64,000 nucleotides of DNA from a candidate division WOR-3 bacterium (lineage in GTDB: Bacteria; Hydrothermota; Tepidihabitantia; Tepidihabitantales; JBDRVQ01). The stretch lies in the NCBI GenBank assembly GCA_039801905.1, contig JBDRVQ010000001.1, forward strand, positions 29,635 to 93,634, given 5' to 3'. The position numbers were made by a program, and so were the translations under genes. Shown piece after piece: positions 62,787-64,000 of the stretch. Under the pieces are notes generated by a model. The model made no database searches. It was not told the DNA's origin and saw only the letters and a list, made by a program, of their open reading frames with translations. How positions within the stretch are numbered: position 1 is the stretch's first letter; each line of letters opens with the position of its first letter.

Positions 62787-64000
62787 CTTTTATCTTTACC
62801 TCCGGTTAAAGGGTAAGAAAAGTCTACTCTCACCGGCAGAGGCGGGATATAGACCGCAATCCCAAACCCCCAGCCGAATTTTGTAAACCAAGATTCTTTC
62901 TTTTGCCATCTCCCCGCGCGGAGAAGAAAGGCACCGTCCAAAAAGACTCGGCCCATAATGTTACCGAAGGTGAGGGGGGGGAGTCCAAGTTTTATCTCCT
63001 TAATTAGAGGAAAACGAAATTCCGATTGAAAACCGGAAAGGAAGGTTCCCGTAGTGTCAATAAATTGGTAAGGGGCATAACCCCGGCAGATTTCTCCACT
63101 GATGTAAAAAGAATCCGGGTCTTTACCAAAACTCCCAATATTAAAAAGCCGCAGGGCAAGGGTATAGTCACTAAAGAGATTTTGGTAGCGGCGAAGATCA
63201 AGGTATTCCGTATAGTAGTTTTTAGAGAAGGGACTAATTTCAAAATTGAGGCGCGCCCGAGTTCCCTTATTCGGTCCGAAGAGGGTATAACGGGTATTAT
63301 CAAAGACATAAGCAAAAAAATAGGGAAGGGAGAGGTAGGAAGAGGATTCCTGTAAAACCCATTCCCCCTCGGAGACTTCATAAATCCAAAAATTTAGGTT
63401 TCTCAGACCCAGCCCCATCTCCAACCGGTCCTCCCGGGAGAAGGGATAGGAAATCCCAGGGAAAATTCCCCGGTCGCGGAAGAGATAAGCCCGGTTGGAG
63501 GTCTCCCAGCCGTAGAGAAATTGATAAAGGGTGAAGTTATAATCAATCCGCTCTTTTAAGTACCAATAAGAGAAGTAGAAATTGGAGAAGTCAACTACTC
63601 CGGATAAATCGGTAAGAATGAAGAAGCGGTGGTCCCCTAAGATATCGGAAAGGGCAAGATAAACATAACCAGAGAAAAGCCCCTCACTTAAAGTCAAAGC
63701 CCCATAAGCATAATCCGCACCGAGGGTAAAACCAGTCCGTTCCCCTTCTTCAATAGAGGAGATGGTTTTCCCTTCCGGTGCCGTCTCCTTCTCTACTGGT
63801 TGGAAAACGGGTTTCATCTCTTCTAACTCTCCAATCCCAATTTCCCAAGAGCCGTTCTTAAAATAAGAGAAACATAATTTCCCGTCCGGGGTGAGGGAAA
63901 GGTCGGAGAAACCGCCGAAGAAGTTCGTCCGGAATAATTTCCCATTCTCCCAAAGATAAATCTGTTGATCCCCCGCCCGGAAAAGTAGTTCGCCAGAAGG
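62750..64000 (-). CDS. outer-membrane beta-barrel (Omp85/surface-antigen-like) protein preceded by PD40/TolB-like repeats; 5' end outside the window
   Basis: The reading frame stays open from 63817 to the window edge (…LSLTPDGKLCFSYFKNGSWEIG…), so the ATG in the ORF track is internal. The C-terminus VRVDFSYPL...FTLRLGEEF ends in Phe, as outer-membrane barrels do. Confidence 0.5.
   Translation of the reverse strand, partial: PSGELLFRAGDQQIYLWENGKLFRTNFFGGFSDLSLTPDGKLCFSYFKNGSWEIGIGELEEMKPVFQPVEKETAPEGKTISSIEEGERTGFTLGADYAYGALTLSEGLFSGYVYLALSDILGDHRFFILTDLSGVVDFSNFYFSYWYLKERIDYNFTLYQFLYGWETSNRAYLFRDRGIFPGISYPFSREDRLEMGLGLRNLNFWIYEVSEGEWVLQESSSYLSLPYFFAYVFDNTRYTLFGPNKGTRARLNFEISPFSKNYYTEYLDLRRYQNLFSDYTLALRLFNIGSFGKDPDSFYISGEICRGYAPYQFIDTTGTFLSGFQSEFRFPLIKEIKLGLPPLTFGNIMGRVFLDGAFLLRAGRWQKKESWFTKFGWGFGIAVYIPPLPVRVDFSYPLTGGKDKRWQFTLRLGEEF

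Overview
This is a compact bacterial chromosomal segment, about 90% coding and mostly on the minus strand, with many 1-4 nt ATGA/TGATG gene overlaps. The gene content suggests an uncultivated anaerobe of the FCB-like type. It has T9SS/FlgD-Ig-type C-terminal domains, sigma54 machinery, a group 3b NiFe hydrogenase and a 2-oxoacid:ferredoxin oxidoreductase.

Recognisable genes:
- Housekeeping: ispH (partial), plsC, cmk, addB/addA, ybbR-like, tsaD, pdxA, tRNA-Lys(UUU), alaS, recA, hisC, an HU gene and mtnA.
- Transport and envelope: an ABC-2 exporter, a GT4, an SDR, mlaFED, two GT2s and a CDF transporter.
- An exbB-exbD-exbD-tonB operon with TPR, PorV-like and FlgD-Ig proteins, preceded by a consensus sigma54 promoter.
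- Redox metabolism: an aldehyde dehydrogenase, a four-subunit 2-oxoacid:ferredoxin oxidoreductase and a hydBGDA-type hydrogenase.
- A sigma54 enhancer-binding protein next to three beta-propeller/FG-GAP envelope proteins.
- dCMP deaminase, a serpin, a WG-repeat protein and a partial PD40/Omp85-like protein.

The main unexplained signal is a dispersed element present four times (about 2.1-2.5 kb, 19.0-19.4 kb, 33.0-33.6 kb and 56.6-57.7 kb). Each copy has a conserved ~48-nt box followed by about 200 nt of 16-18 strictly phased 12-nt units with a TAAT core. Three copies are linked to a shared promoter-like leader carrying a hairpin. One copy has two paralogous unknown genes between the leader and the box. 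I cannot decide from the sequence whether the arrays are ncRNA, DNA-binding arrays or 4-residue-repeat micro-protein genes.

A second recurring pattern is near-consensus TTGACx-N16/17-TAtAaT promoters only 5-11 nt from the ATG, which implies leaderless mRNAs.
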